Shown: piece after piece, positions 7,680 through 16,727 of the stretch
How positions within the stretch are numbered: the first letter of the stretch is position 1
Layout of the letters: each line of letters begins with the position of its first letter
DNA from: Eubacteriales bacterium
GTDB taxonomy: Bacteria > Bacillota > Clostridia > Oscillospirales > CAG-272
DNA length: 64,000 nucleotides
Direction: 5' to 3'
Assembly: GCA_045536125.1 (NCBI GenBank)
Contig: JAZSMX010000050.1
Span: forward strand, 1,953 to 65,952
Made by a program: the position numbers and the translations under genes
Notes under the pieces: generated by a model
The model's database searches: none
What the model was told of the DNA's origin: nothing
Seen by the model: the letters and a program-made list of their open reading frames with translations, nothing else

Positions 7680-9935
7680 ATGTGCATTTTCAAGAACCGA
7701 CCTTGGGCACTTGCCTCCTTGTGCTTTGCACTTGTAGGCATTCTCGCCTACAGCCTTTCTCTCGTTCTTTGCATTGTTCTATGCTTCCTTTTTCTGATGC
7801 TTGCGTGTGTCTGTGCGATTTTCTATTTCAAAAAGAAAGAACGAGCTTTCTTTTTGTCCTTCCTTTGTATCGGTGCGGTGACTCTTTCGCTGTTTTCCTC
7901 CGTCTTGTTTTTTCATACACCACGCACCCGCCTTGAAGCAACCGTCGGAAAGCAGGTTGTGTTGGACGGATACGTTTTACGCACGGTTTCTCTTGGGAGC
8001 AATTCCTCCGTCTATGACGTTGTTGTAAGAAGCCTTGACGGAAAGGAAGAAGGTCAGACGGTTCGAGTGAATTTTGAATTTGCCGCAGGGCTTTCATTAG
8101 GCGATTGCTTTGTGGCACGAATGACGGGCGAGGAGATGACCGAAAACGGATATGGAAGTAACCGCGATTCTTTGTTTTCGGACGGTATTTTTGCGATTTT
8201 TGTGTGTAAAGATGGGGATGAGCTTTCCGCAACAGGAGAGACGGCAGATACGCTCCCGATTCGTTTTTTGCGTTGGAGACAGGAGCTTTCGTTGCGCTTG
8301 GAGTATCTGATCGGAGGTGAGGAGGGAGCTCTTGCATCGGCACTTCTTTTGGGCGACCGTTCTTTCCTTTCTGATGATACCGTGCTTGCATTCCGCCGTT
8401 GCGGAATTTCTCATCTTTTGGCTTTGAGCGGACTACACATTTCCATTCTCATCGGATTTTTGGAGATGATTCTTACGCGCATCCGCGCAAGACGGTCAGT
8501 GAGAGCGGTTTGCATTATACTTCTTTCTGTTTTCTACCTTTTCTTGACGGGATGTGCTCCTTCGACCGTGCGCGCCGTCATCATGGTAACGGTTATTTCC
8601 TTGGGATTCGTATTCCGCGGAGATTACGATTCCTTCACTTCGCTCATGACGGCGCTGGTTCTGATACTCTTCTACTCCCCTTATGCCGCAAGGGATCTCT
8701 CCCTCTGGATGTCCTTTTTGGCGGCGGGAAGTATCATTCTTTTTTTGCCGCCGATTCACCGATGGATGCGTGAATTCTTTTCGAAGCACAACCTGCCGTC
8801 GCTCCTTTCCAAGGGAATCAGCTCGGTGCTGCTTGCCGTTTTTGTCGGCGCGACTGCCAATCTCGGATTGCTTCTCGTGCAAGCGGCTTTCTTCGGGGAA
8901 TATTCGCTTCTGTCTATCCCTGTTACAATCCTGCTTTCTTTTCCCTTGTCCCTTGTGCTGGTGCTTTCCATTCTGTGCGGTTTTTGCCCTCCCATCGGAT
9001 TTTTGTGTCGCGGTGTTGCATCCTTGATGCTCTTCGTTGCTTCGGAACTGTCCGCATTGCAAGGAATTCTCTTGCCGATCGGAGACGCTGCCTCTCTTTC
9101 CTTAATCCTTCTTTTGACGCTTCTTTTGATTTTGATAGCCGTTTTGCGTCTCCCGTTTGTGCACCGTTGGATTTTTGCAGTGATGGTGTCCTCTTTACTT
9201 TTGCTGCCGTGCTCCTATATGACGACGGAGATTGTTTGCACACCGATAAAGGTTTCCTATCTGTGTGACATCGAAGAGGAAGCATTGATCCTCAATTTTC
9301 GCGGGGAATGCACCGTGATTGATCTTTCGGCGAGTGATGCCGCGAATCCTTACAGCGTTGTAGCTACCGTACAAGAAGAACGGTGTACGGAGATCGGTGA
9401 GCTTGTTTTGACACACTATCAAAACTCACATGCTTCTTACGTTCGCATTCTTTCGGGAAGAGTCCGTGTCAGAAGGTTGATATTGCCTACACCGTGCGAT
9501 GCGCGTGAGGCTGCGATTGCCAAGAGAATTGCAGACGAGGCGGCGCTACATAACGTTTCGGTATCCTATGGCTTTGAAAGCATCGGGACACCGATGCGGA
9601 GTGCCGAGCTTCTGTGCTATGAACCCGATGAAGTCGGAGATCGGTTGTCACGATTTTTCAGCATTTCTGTCGGCAAACAACGTTTGACCTATTTCAATGT
9701 CGCGTTTTTTGAAAGCAATCAACGCTCAACCGAGTATCGCAAGCTGTTAGAACAAAGTGATGCTCTGATCATTGATGCGGAAGGTGCTTCGTCTATGTCA
9801 TCAAAAATACTTCCAAAAGAGATTTTGTCTGCCGAGCGGTTGATCCTTTCGAAAAAATCAATGCGTTCTCTTATTCCGACAAATGTGTCACGGTCGGTTG
9901 TGAGCTTTGGAAGCGCAGATTATCTATTTGAATAA
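7680..9935 (+). CDS. comEC: DNA internalization competence protein ComEC/Rec2 family
   Basis: 751 aa, polytopic, with the competence-domain motif FRRCGISHLLALSGLHISIL. The C-terminal MBL-like region has a degenerate metal motif. Confidence 0.85.
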   Translation: MCIFKNRPWALASLCFALVGILAYSLSLVLCIVLCFLFLMLACVCAIFYFKKKERAFFLSFLCIGAVTLSLFSSVLFFHTPRTRLEATVGKQVVLDGYVLRTVSLGSNSSVYDVVVRSLDGKEEGQTVRVNFEFAAGLSLGDCFVARMTGEEMTENGYGSNRDSLFSDGIFAIFVCKDGDELSATGETADTLPIRFLRWRQELSLRLEYLIGGEEGALASALLLGDRSFLSDDTVLAFRRCGISHLLALSGLHISILIGFLEMILTRIRARRSVRAVCIILLSVFYLFLTGCAPSTVRAVIMVTVISLGFVFRGDYDSFTSLMTALVLILFYSPYAARDLSLWMSFLAAGSIILFLPPIHRWMREFFSKHNLPSLLSKGISSVLLAVFVGATANLGLLLVQAAFFGEYSLLSIPVTILLSFPLSLVLVLSILCGFCPPIGFLCRGVASLMLFVASELSALQGILLPIGDAASLSLILLLTLLLILIAVLRLPFVHRWIFAVMVSSLLLLPCSYMTTEIVCTPIKVSYLCDIEEEALILNFRGECTVIDLSASDAANPYSVVATVQEERCTEIGELVLTHYQNSHASYVRILSGRVRVRRLILPTPCDAREAAIAKRIADEAALHNVSVSYGFESIGTPMRSAELLCYEPDEVGDRLSRFFSISVGKQRLTYFNVAFFESNQRSTEYRKLLEQSDALIIDAEGASSMSSKILPKEILSAERLILSKKSMRSLIPTNVSRSVVSFGSADYLFE

Positions 9936-9937
9936 AA

Positions 9938-9969
9938 GCCCTTTTCAGTGTCGAAAAGAGGCTTTTTTT
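9938..9969 (+). terminator. intrinsic terminator after comEC
   Basis: GCC-CTTTTC/GAAAAG-GGC stem followed by T7. Confidence 0.65.
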
Positions 9970-10022
9970 CATATTCTGTTATTGATTCGGTTGCGTAATA
10001 CAGAAGAAAGGTTGGAGAAATT

Positions 10023-10928
10023 ATGACATCAAAGAATCATCTTTCGCGCATCTCGGTACTCGGTGGGGACAAAAGGCAGATCACGGCGGCGCAGATTCTT
10101 GCCGATAAAGGATTTTCGGTATCGGTTTACGGTATTGGAACGGGTAAGGATTTCCGACCGAACGTGATCCGCTGTGCGAATTGGAACGAAGCACTGCGTT
10201 CTTCCGATGTACTTTTATTGCCTCTTCCGATCAGTCTAGACGGTGTTCGGCTTCACATGCCGCTTTCCGCAGAGGAGTCGGATGTGAGGCTTGACGTTCT
10301 GTTGGATGCGGCAGAAGGAAAAACGGTATTGGGAGGTCGGCTTTCCGATCCGTTTGTTCGCCGCGCGGAAGAGAGTGGGGTGCGTTGCATTGATTATTTT
10401 TCATCTGAATTTTTACAACAGAGAAATGCTTTGCCGACCGTAGAAGGGGCGATTGAGATTGCAATGCGCAATTTGCCTGTCACCATTGCGGGATCTAAAA
10501 TAGCCGTGGTGGGATTTGGTAGGCTCGGTGAGCTGTTGGCTTATAAGCTTAGTCTTCTCGGTGCTTTTGTAACGGTGTACGCACGGCGCGAGGAAGCTCT
10601 CGCCAAAGCAATGCTTTACGGATGCTCTGCGGTAAAGATTGGCGAAGGGGAGAAAGGTCTTTTAAGAATAGATCCGTCCACACGCGCTGTGTTCCAAACT
10701 GTTCCTGTCTGTCTTTTGAATGAAGACGTGCTGAAAAATCTTCCTTTGCATGCCTGCTTGATTGATCTTGCTTCAGCTCCCGGAGGAATCGATCACGTTG
10801 CGGCGGAACGGCTTGGAATCCACACCGTGTGGGCAACGTCACTTCCCGGAAAATACGCACCCGAAACCGCAGGAGAAATCATTGCGGATACCATAGAGAC
10901 GATCCTTCTTAAAGATCATCCGCTTTAA
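10023..10928 (+). CDS. dpaA: dipicolinate synthase subunit A
   Basis: 301 aa with ISVLGGDKRQ and a VVGFGRLG Rossmann motif, followed by dpaB. Confidence 0.85.
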   Translation: MTSKNHLSRISVLGGDKRQITAAQILADKGFSVSVYGIGTGKDFRPNVIRCANWNEALRSSDVLLLPLPISLDGVRLHMPLSAEESDVRLDVLLDAAEGKTVLGGRLSDPFVRRAEESGVRCIDYFSSEFLQQRNALPTVEGAIEIAMRNLPVTIAGSKIAVVGFGRLGELLAYKLSLLGAFVTVYARREEALAKAMLYGCSAVKIGEGEKGLLRIDPSTRAVFQTVPVCLLNEDVLKNLPLHACLIDLASAPGGIDHVAAERLGIHTVWATSLPGKYAPETAGEIIADTIETILLKDHPL

Positions 10929-10956
10929 GAGGGGCGAAGATATGAGGTGACACAAT

Positions 10957-11517
10957 ATGTTAGGTTATGCTTTTTGCGGCTCCTTCTGCACGCATGCGCG
11001 TGCTCTGGGGGAGCTGCGTGAATTGATCAAAGAGGGATACGAGATTCAACCGATCGTGAGTGAAACGGTTCGTACGACGGATACGCGATTTGGAAGAGCG
11101 GATGTGTTTTGCCGCACGGTAGAGGAGCTTTGCGGTCGGAAGCTGATCGACACGCTGACGGAGGCTGAGCCTTTGGGGCCGCGAATCTCGCTGGACGCGT
11201 TGGTGATTGCTCCCTGCACAGGCAACACATTGGCGAAGCTTGCCAACGGCATTACGGATACCGCCGTTTGCATGGCGGCAAAGGCGCATTTGCGTTGTGA
11301 CCGCCCCTTGATCCTGGCGCTTGCCTCCAACGATGCACTTTCCGCAAATTTAAAGAATATTGCCACCATGCTTTCCAAAAAATGTGTCTATTTTGTTCCG
11401 ATGCTTCAGGATGATCCCGAAAAGAAACCGCATTCTTTGGTTGCCGATTTTTCATTGATCCGTCATACCCTCCACGCGGCACAGGAGGGAAGACAGTTCA
11501 GAAAGCTGTTTTTGTAA
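10957..11517 (+). CDS. dpaB: dipicolinate synthase subunit B (flavoprotein)
   Basis: 186 aa, MLGYAFCGSFCTH...APCTGNTLAKLANGITD. Confidence 0.9.
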   Translation: MLGYAFCGSFCTHARALGELRELIKEGYEIQPIVSETVRTTDTRFGRADVFCRTVEELCGRKLIDTLTEAEPLGPRISLDALVIAPCTGNTLAKLANGITDTAVCMAAKAHLRCDRPLILALASNDALSANLKNIATMLSKKCVYFVPMLQDDPEKKPHSLVADFSLIRHTLHAAQEGRQFRKLFL

Positions 11518-11613
11518 AAAACGTTTTCAAAATACAGGATGCTTTTTCATGCGGTTTCCTTCTTGTGTGCGTTTGATCTGCATATTCTATTGCAGTAAAC
11601 CAAGAGAGGTGGC

Positions 11614-12222
11614 ATGATGAAAAAAGGACACGTTCGCATACGTCCCATCACTTTTATAATGCTTTTGTGGATGATTCTTACAGATCGCGCGGGAATCGGA
11701 GCCGTTACACTTATTGCAGCCCTCCTTCACGAGGGCGGACATATGGTTGCGGCGAAGCTGATGCATGTTCCGATCTCGATGCTTCGCATGGATTTTTTGG
11801 GTGCGCGACTTGACGTATCCGGACGTGTTCTTTCTTACGGAGAAGAGTGGCTTTTGTGCGCGGCGGGACCCATCGCGAGCTTTTTGTCATCCGCGCTGGC
11901 ATCCTTTTTTTGGAACGTGAGTACGTATGCCGTTGCGTTTTCCTGCGCCTCCTTTGTGTTGGGCTTTTTGAATCTTTTGCCGATTCGGACCTTTGACGGA
12001 GGGCGGATGCTGGAAAGCATGCTGCTCTTTTTCGTTGGGGAAAGAAGTGCCTTGTGCATTATGCGCGGATGTACCTTTTTCTTTTTGTTTTTGCTTTGGG
12101 CTGCGGCGGTCTATCTTCTTTTGCGGGCAGGGGACGGAATCTCTTTACTCTTCTTTTCCATGAGCCTTTTTTCTCGTTTTTTTGAAGGGGAGACGGATCA
12201 CCGATTTATTTTTTCCAAATGA
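11614..12222 (+). CDS. site-2 (M50) metalloprotease, SpoIVFB-like, no CBS domain
   Basis: HEGGH zinc motif in a TM helix and NLLPIRTFDGGR. About 6 TM segments. The start may be the second ATG at 11617. Confidence 0.75.
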   Translation: MMKKGHVRIRPITFIMLLWMILTDRAGIGAVTLIAALLHEGGHMVAAKLMHVPISMLRMDFLGARLDVSGRVLSYGEEWLLCAAGPIASFLSSALASFFWNVSTYAVAFSCASFVLGFLNLLPIRTFDGGRMLESMLLFFVGERSALCIMRGCTFFFLFLLWAAAVYLLLRAGDGISLLFFSMSLFSRFFEGETDHRFIFSK

Positions 12223-12232
12223 GGATTTTGAA

Positions 12233-12261
12233 TTGATTTTTTAGGAGATGTGTGGTACAAT
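12233..12261 (+). promoter_or_regulatory. extended -10 promoter preceding a ~210-nt leader
   Basis: TTGATT (12233-12238), 17 nt, TGgTACAAT (12253-12261). Confidence 0.45.
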
Positions 12262-12476
12262 ATGATGCGATAAGAGTGCGGAGGTGTCAAATAAATATTC
12301 CTGCGAGGTACTCAGAAACGACGCTACGACGGATAACGGCGGAAGCTGTTATAAAAAGACGAGGGCACAGTGACGGAAAACGTCATTGACGTTGTGATTC
12401 CGAACCGTGATCACGGAGACGTGTTCTGTGTCCGTTACGGAGTGGGTAAGGACCGTGCTTTTTACAGGAGGGAAAA

Positions 12477-13526
12477 ATGATTGCTGCGATTGTGTGTACT
12501 TTGATTGCTTTGATTCTGATAGCTTTTCTTCTGATCACGCACCGCGTAGTGAAAAAGAGCTTTCCGCGTGTCCGTTATCCCGACGGTCCTACACCGGAAA
12601 AGAGATACTTGGATTATTCCCAACAATATCGGCGTATACCGTGCTCCTTTAATTCCGGAAAAAACCGCCTTCAAGGATACGTTTATGGGGACGAGAACGG
12701 AAAAGGGTTGATTGTCTTTGCTCACGGAATCGGCACGGGGCACGAAAACTATCTCCGCGAGCTTCTTTGGATGGTGGATCACGGGTGGCGCGTTCTGGCT
12801 TACGATGCCACGGGCTCGTGCGAAAGTGAAGGAGAGGGAACGAAGAGTCTTGTGCAATCGGCGCTGGATCTTGATGCGGCGCTTTGCTTTGTTGAGTCCG
12901 ACGCTTCCTTGAGAGAGCTTCCCGTGTGCCTCTTGGGGCATAGCTGGGGCGGATACGCAGTGACTGCGGGGCTTCGGTTTTCACATCGCGTTACGGCATC
13001 TGCATCGATAGCGGGATATGCGTATCCACAGGAAATGATGGTGGAATTCGCCAAAAACTATATGGGACGCGGAGTTGCAATGCTTGCTCCCTTTGTTTGG
13101 ATCGAACAAAAATTCTCGGTCGGCAGGTATGCCTCTCTTTCTGCTATCGACGGGATCAATCAAAAGGACGTTCCCGTGCTTTTGATTCACGGAACGGAGG
13201 ATGAAGTGATCTCTTTTGGAGGTGCTTCCATTGTTGCTCACTCAGATCGGATCAAAAATAAAAACGTAAAGATTCTGGTTCTTTCCGATGAAGGACAAGC
13301 AGGGCATGGCTCTATCTTCTATCACAAGGACAGTGTGATGTATATTCGAAAAACGGATGACGCATGGAAGAGCCTTTGCAAAATCTACAAAGACGTGTCT
13401 TCCTGTGAAGCAAAGGAGCAATTTCTTTCGGGGGTTGATAGGGAAATTTATAACCGTCCGAACGAGGCGTTGCTTTCCAAAATCGAAGCATTTTTCTCTG
13501 CTTCCATCGAAAAACGGGAGAATTGA
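12477..13526 (+). CDS. membrane-anchored alpha/beta hydrolase
   Basis: N-terminal TM (IAAIVCTLIALILIAFLLI), nucleophile elbow GHSWGG, and HG at the acid/His region. RBS GGAGGG. Confidence 0.75.
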   Translation: MIAAIVCTLIALILIAFLLITHRVVKKSFPRVRYPDGPTPEKRYLDYSQQYRRIPCSFNSGKNRLQGYVYGDENGKGLIVFAHGIGTGHENYLRELLWMVDHGWRVLAYDATGSCESEGEGTKSLVQSALDLDAALCFVESDASLRELPVCLLGHSWGGYAVTAGLRFSHRVTASASIAGYAYPQEMMVEFAKNYMGRGVAMLAPFVWIEQKFSVGRYASLSAIDGINQKDVPVLLIHGTEDEVISFGGASIVAHSDRIKNKNVKILVLSDEGQAGHGSIFYHKDSVMYIRKTDDAWKSLCKIYKDVSSCEAKEQFLSGVDREIYNRPNEALLSKIEAFFSASIEKREN

Positions 13527-13775
13527 TTTCAGATTGAAAAAACGTATATCGCATATAAAAAAGACAAGCGTATGGGTGCTTTTTTTGCGGTATGCGTTTT
13601 TTGCATTACTTTTCTTGTCCCACGGATGAAAAAAAGGAGGATATCGGAGAGATCGGTAGGAAACGTGCGGATTCTTGAGATTTTGACACGATAATCCCGA
13701 GTTTTTCGGGGTGATTGCGTTTTTTTGCGGATAACAAAGAATTTTGAAATATTTTGAATTATTTTTGCAAACCTA

Positions 13776-13804
13776 TTGCATTTTTGTCGCCTATCTGCTA
13801 CAAT
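13776..13804 (+). promoter_or_regulatory. promoter of potABCD
   Basis: TTGCAT (13776-13781), 17 nt, TACAAT (13799-13804). Confidence 0.5.
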
Positions 13805-13830
13805 ATACGTTGTAGGTTTATGGTCAGAGT

Positions 13831-13907
13831 GCCGGAGATACGTTATTTTCAAAAAATCAGCCGTTTGAGAATTGCGTTCCGGCAGCGGACAGGGTGTCCG
13901 TTTTGTT
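13831..13907 (+). promoter_or_regulatory. structured leader ending in a terminator-like hairpin upstream of potA
   Basis: Long hairpin closed by GCCGGA (13831-13836)/TCCGGC (13878-13883). Then CGGACA-GGG-TGTCCG (13886-13900) followed by TTTTGTT. Confidence 0.4.
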
Positions 13908-13953
13908 CCATGAATATTTTTTTATTTTTTTCTTAAAGGAGTATTTATGCGGA

Positions 13954-15081
13954 ATGAACAAAAATGTGCTAATCCGGCTGAACGGTATTTCAAAGGCGTA
14001 TGACGGAGAAACCGTTCTCGACCACATTGACTTGGAAATTCACGATAAGGAATTTATTACACTTCTCGGACCTTCGGGTTGCGGAAAAACCACCACGCTT
14101 CGTATGATCGGCGGCTTTGAAACGCCGGATGAGGGAGACGTGTTTTTTGACGGTAAACGCTTTAATGACGTCCCCCCCTACAAGCGTCAGGTCAATACTG
14201 TCTTCCAGCGCTATGCCTTGTTCCCTCATTTGAACGTTTTTGATAATATCGCCTTCGGCTTGCGCATCCAGAAAATAGAGGATCGCGTGATCAAGGAAAA
14301 GGTGAAGGAAATGCTCTCCCTTGTGAACCTCAAGGGGTTTGAACGTCGCAAGGTCGGAACTCTTTCCGGCGGACAGCAGCAACGCGTTGCCATTGCGCGC
14401 GCGCTGATCAATCAGCCGAAGGTGCTTCTTTTGGATGAGCCTTTGGCAGCACTGGATCTCAAGCTCCGCAAGGATATGCAGAACGAGCTGAAAAATATCC
14501 AGCACCAAACGGGAATCACCTTTATCTACGTAACGCACGACCAGGAAGAGGCACTTTCCATGTCAGATACCGTTGTCGTTATGGCACACGGACGGATTCA
14601 GCAGATCGGAACTCCTACCGACATTTACAACGAGCCCGTCAATGCGTTTGTTGCGGATTTCATCGGGGAGTCCAATATCGTTGACGGTGTGATGCCCGAA
14701 GATTACCGTGTGAAGCTTGCGGGATACATCTTTCCTTGTGTGGACGGCGGCTTTGATAAAAATGAGCCGGTAGACGTTGTTATCCGTCCTGAGGACGTGG
14801 ACGTGGTAGCGCCCGAAAAGGGAATGCTGTGCGGTCTTGTAACGGCGGTGACCTTCAAGGGCGTTCACTATGAGATCATCGTGGATGTGAAGGGCTTTAA
14901 GTGGATGATCCAAACAACGGATTTTGTGGCAGAGGGAGAAACGATTGGACTTTCCATCGATCCCGACGCCTTCCACATCATGAAGAAGTCTGAGTTTTCG
15001 GGAATGTTCGGAGATTATTCCTCGTTCAGTGATGAATTGGAAAAGCTTTCCGATGTGACGGAGGAGCTTGAGGCGGAATGA
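13954..15081 (+). CDS. potA: spermidine/putrescine ABC transporter ATPase
   Basis: Walker [25 protein letters not shown], and a C-terminal TOBE-like domain. Start trimmed to [11 protein letters not shown]. Confidence 0.9.
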   Translation: MNKNVLIRLNGISKAYDGETVLDHIDLEIHDKEFITLLGPSGCGKTTTLRMIGGFETPDEGDVFFDGKRFNDVPPYKRQVNTVFQRYALFPHLNVFDNIAFGLRIQKIEDRVIKEKVKEMLSLVNLKGFERRKVGTLSGGQQQRVAIARALINQPKVLLLDEPLAALDLKLRKDMQNELKNIQHQTGITFIYVTHDQEEALSMSDTVVVMAHGRIQQIGTPTDIYNEPVNAFVADFIGESNIVDGVMPEDYRVKLAGYIFPCVDGGFDKNEPVDVVIRPEDVDVVAPEKGMLCGLVTAVTFKGVHYEIIVDVKGFKWMIQTTDFVAEGETIGLSIDPDAFHIMKKSEFSGMFGDYSSFSDELEKLSDVTEELEAE

Positions 15082-15899
15082 AAAAGAAATCTTTTTTTGA
15101 ACGGTTTACCGCAGCGCCTTACGTTCTGTGGTCCTTGATGTTCATCATCGGTCCGTTGCTCTTCGTTCTCTTTTTTGCTCTGACCGATGCTTCCGGGAAC
15201 TTTACCTTCGAAAACATACTGGCGCTTCCGTCTTATTCTCATACCTTCGGGATTTCTCTTGGCTTTTCTTTGATTGCGACGGTGGTTTGCTTTTTGATCG
15301 GATATCCCTTGGCATACTGTATGTCGCGTATGTCGGAGCGTGCGCGCAGTATCCTGACCATTCTTCTGATGCTTCCGATGTGGATCAGTCTTTTGATTCG
15401 CACCTATTCCTTGATGGCACTTCTGGATAACGGTGGGCTTGTCAACTCGCTTCTTGACGGAGTCGGCATCGGAAGAATTACGTTTATCGGAACGGAGGGA
15501 GCTGTCATCCTCGGTATGATCTACGACTTTCTCCCGTACATGGTGCTTCCGATCTATACCTCCATGACAAAACTTGACAGACGTTATCTTGAGGCGGCGG
15601 CAGATCTTGGCTGTAACAGTGTCCAAACGCTTTTCAAGGTCATCTTGCCCTTGACCTTCCCGGGTGTTGTTTCCGGAATCACGATGGTATTCGTTCCTTC
15701 AATCAGCACCTTCTATATTTCTCAAAAGCTCGGTGGCGGTGTCTTTGATCTTTTGGGTGATACCATTGAGCGCCAATTCCAGCTTGATACGACCTATTAC
15801 ATCGGTGCGGCGATTTCGCTTGTCATGATGATTTTGATTCTGATCTCTCTTGCGGTCATGAATAAGTTTTCGGACGGAGGGGAGGAGATCATCGTATGA
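15078..15899 (+). CDS. potB: spermidine/putrescine ABC permease
   Basis: 273 aa, 6 TM, EAA-loop (YLEAAADLG). ATGA overlap with potA. Confidence 0.9.
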   Translation: MKKKSFFERFTAAPYVLWSLMFIIGPLLFVLFFALTDASGNFTFENILALPSYSHTFGISLGFSLIATVVCFLIGYPLAYCMSRMSERARSILTILLMLPMWISLLIRTYSLMALLDNGGLVNSLLDGVGIGRITFIGTEGAVILGMIYDFLPYMVLPIYTSMTKLDRRYLEAAADLGCNSVQTLFKVILPLTFPGVVSGITMVFVPSISTFYISQKLGGGVFDLLGDTIERQFQLDTTYYIGAAISLVMMILILISLAVMNKFSDGGEEIIV

Positions 15900-16726
15900 A
15901 ATTCTTGTCAAGATTTTACATCGCCATTATCTTTCTGCTCCTTTATGCACCGATTCTCGTGGTGATCCTGTTTTCCTTCAACGATTCGGGAAGCCTGAGC
16001 AATTTCAGCGGCTTTTCGGTGAAGTGGTATGCTGACCTCTTTCGTAATGACGAGGCTTTGACCGCATTGAAGAACTCTTTGGTGCTTGCAGTGATCTCCT
16101 CCTTGCTGGCTACGGCGATCGGGACCTTTGCGGCATTCAGTATCTCGCGTTCCAAAAACAAGTATTACAAAAAGACGATGGAGACCGTATCCAATATCCC
16201 GATGATGAATCCCGATATTGTGACGGGTGTTTCCATGATGCTTCTTTTTGTCGGTGTCGCACGGCTTTTGAACGGTGGAAGCTACCTTGGCTTTTGGACC
16301 ATGCTGATCGCGCATACGACCTTCAATCTTCCGTATGTGATCCTGTCCGTGCTTCCGAAATTCAGACAGATGGATAAAAGTCTTACCGAGGCGGCATTGG
16401 ATCTCGGATGCACGCCTGTGCAGACCTTTTTCCGTGTAGAGCTTCCGTACATTATGCCGGGTATTCTTTCCGGATTGATGATGAGCTTCACGCTGTCTTT
16501 GGATGACTTTGTAATCAGTCACTTTGTAAGCTCTCCCGATTTCAAAACGCTTCCGCTGTACATTTATACGCAGACGGCGCACGAGGTCAAATTCAGTATG
16601 TATGCGCTTTGTACGCTCTTGATCTTTGCGATTCTCCTTCTTCTGATTGCTGTGAACGTTGCAGGCTCGATCGGCGAAAGAAGAGCAAGGAAAAAGGCGG
16701 GAACACGTGGAATGGGAGGGAAGTAA
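15896..16726 (+). CDS. potC: spermidine/putrescine ABC permease
   Basis: 276 aa with LTEAALDLG EAA-loop. ATGA overlap with potB. Confidence 0.9.
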   Translation: MKFLSRFYIAIIFLLLYAPILVVILFSFNDSGSLSNFSGFSVKWYADLFRNDEALTALKNSLVLAVISSLLATAIGTFAAFSISRSKNKYYKKTMETVSNIPMMNPDIVTGVSMMLLFVGVARLLNGGSYLGFWTMLIAHTTFNLPYVILSVLPKFRQMDKSLTEAALDLGCTPVQTFFRVELPYIMPGILSGLMMSFTLSLDDFVISHFVSSPDFKTLPLYIYTQTAHEVKFSMYALCTLLIFAILLLLIAVNVAGSIGERRARKKAGTRGMGGK

Positions 16727-16727
16727 G

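Noticed and set aside
13529-13852. 107-aa minus-strand ORF in the potA upstream gap
   Set aside because: It is very basic and low-complexity, has no RBS, and spans promoter and hairpin elements. The region is better explained as non-coding regulatory DNA.
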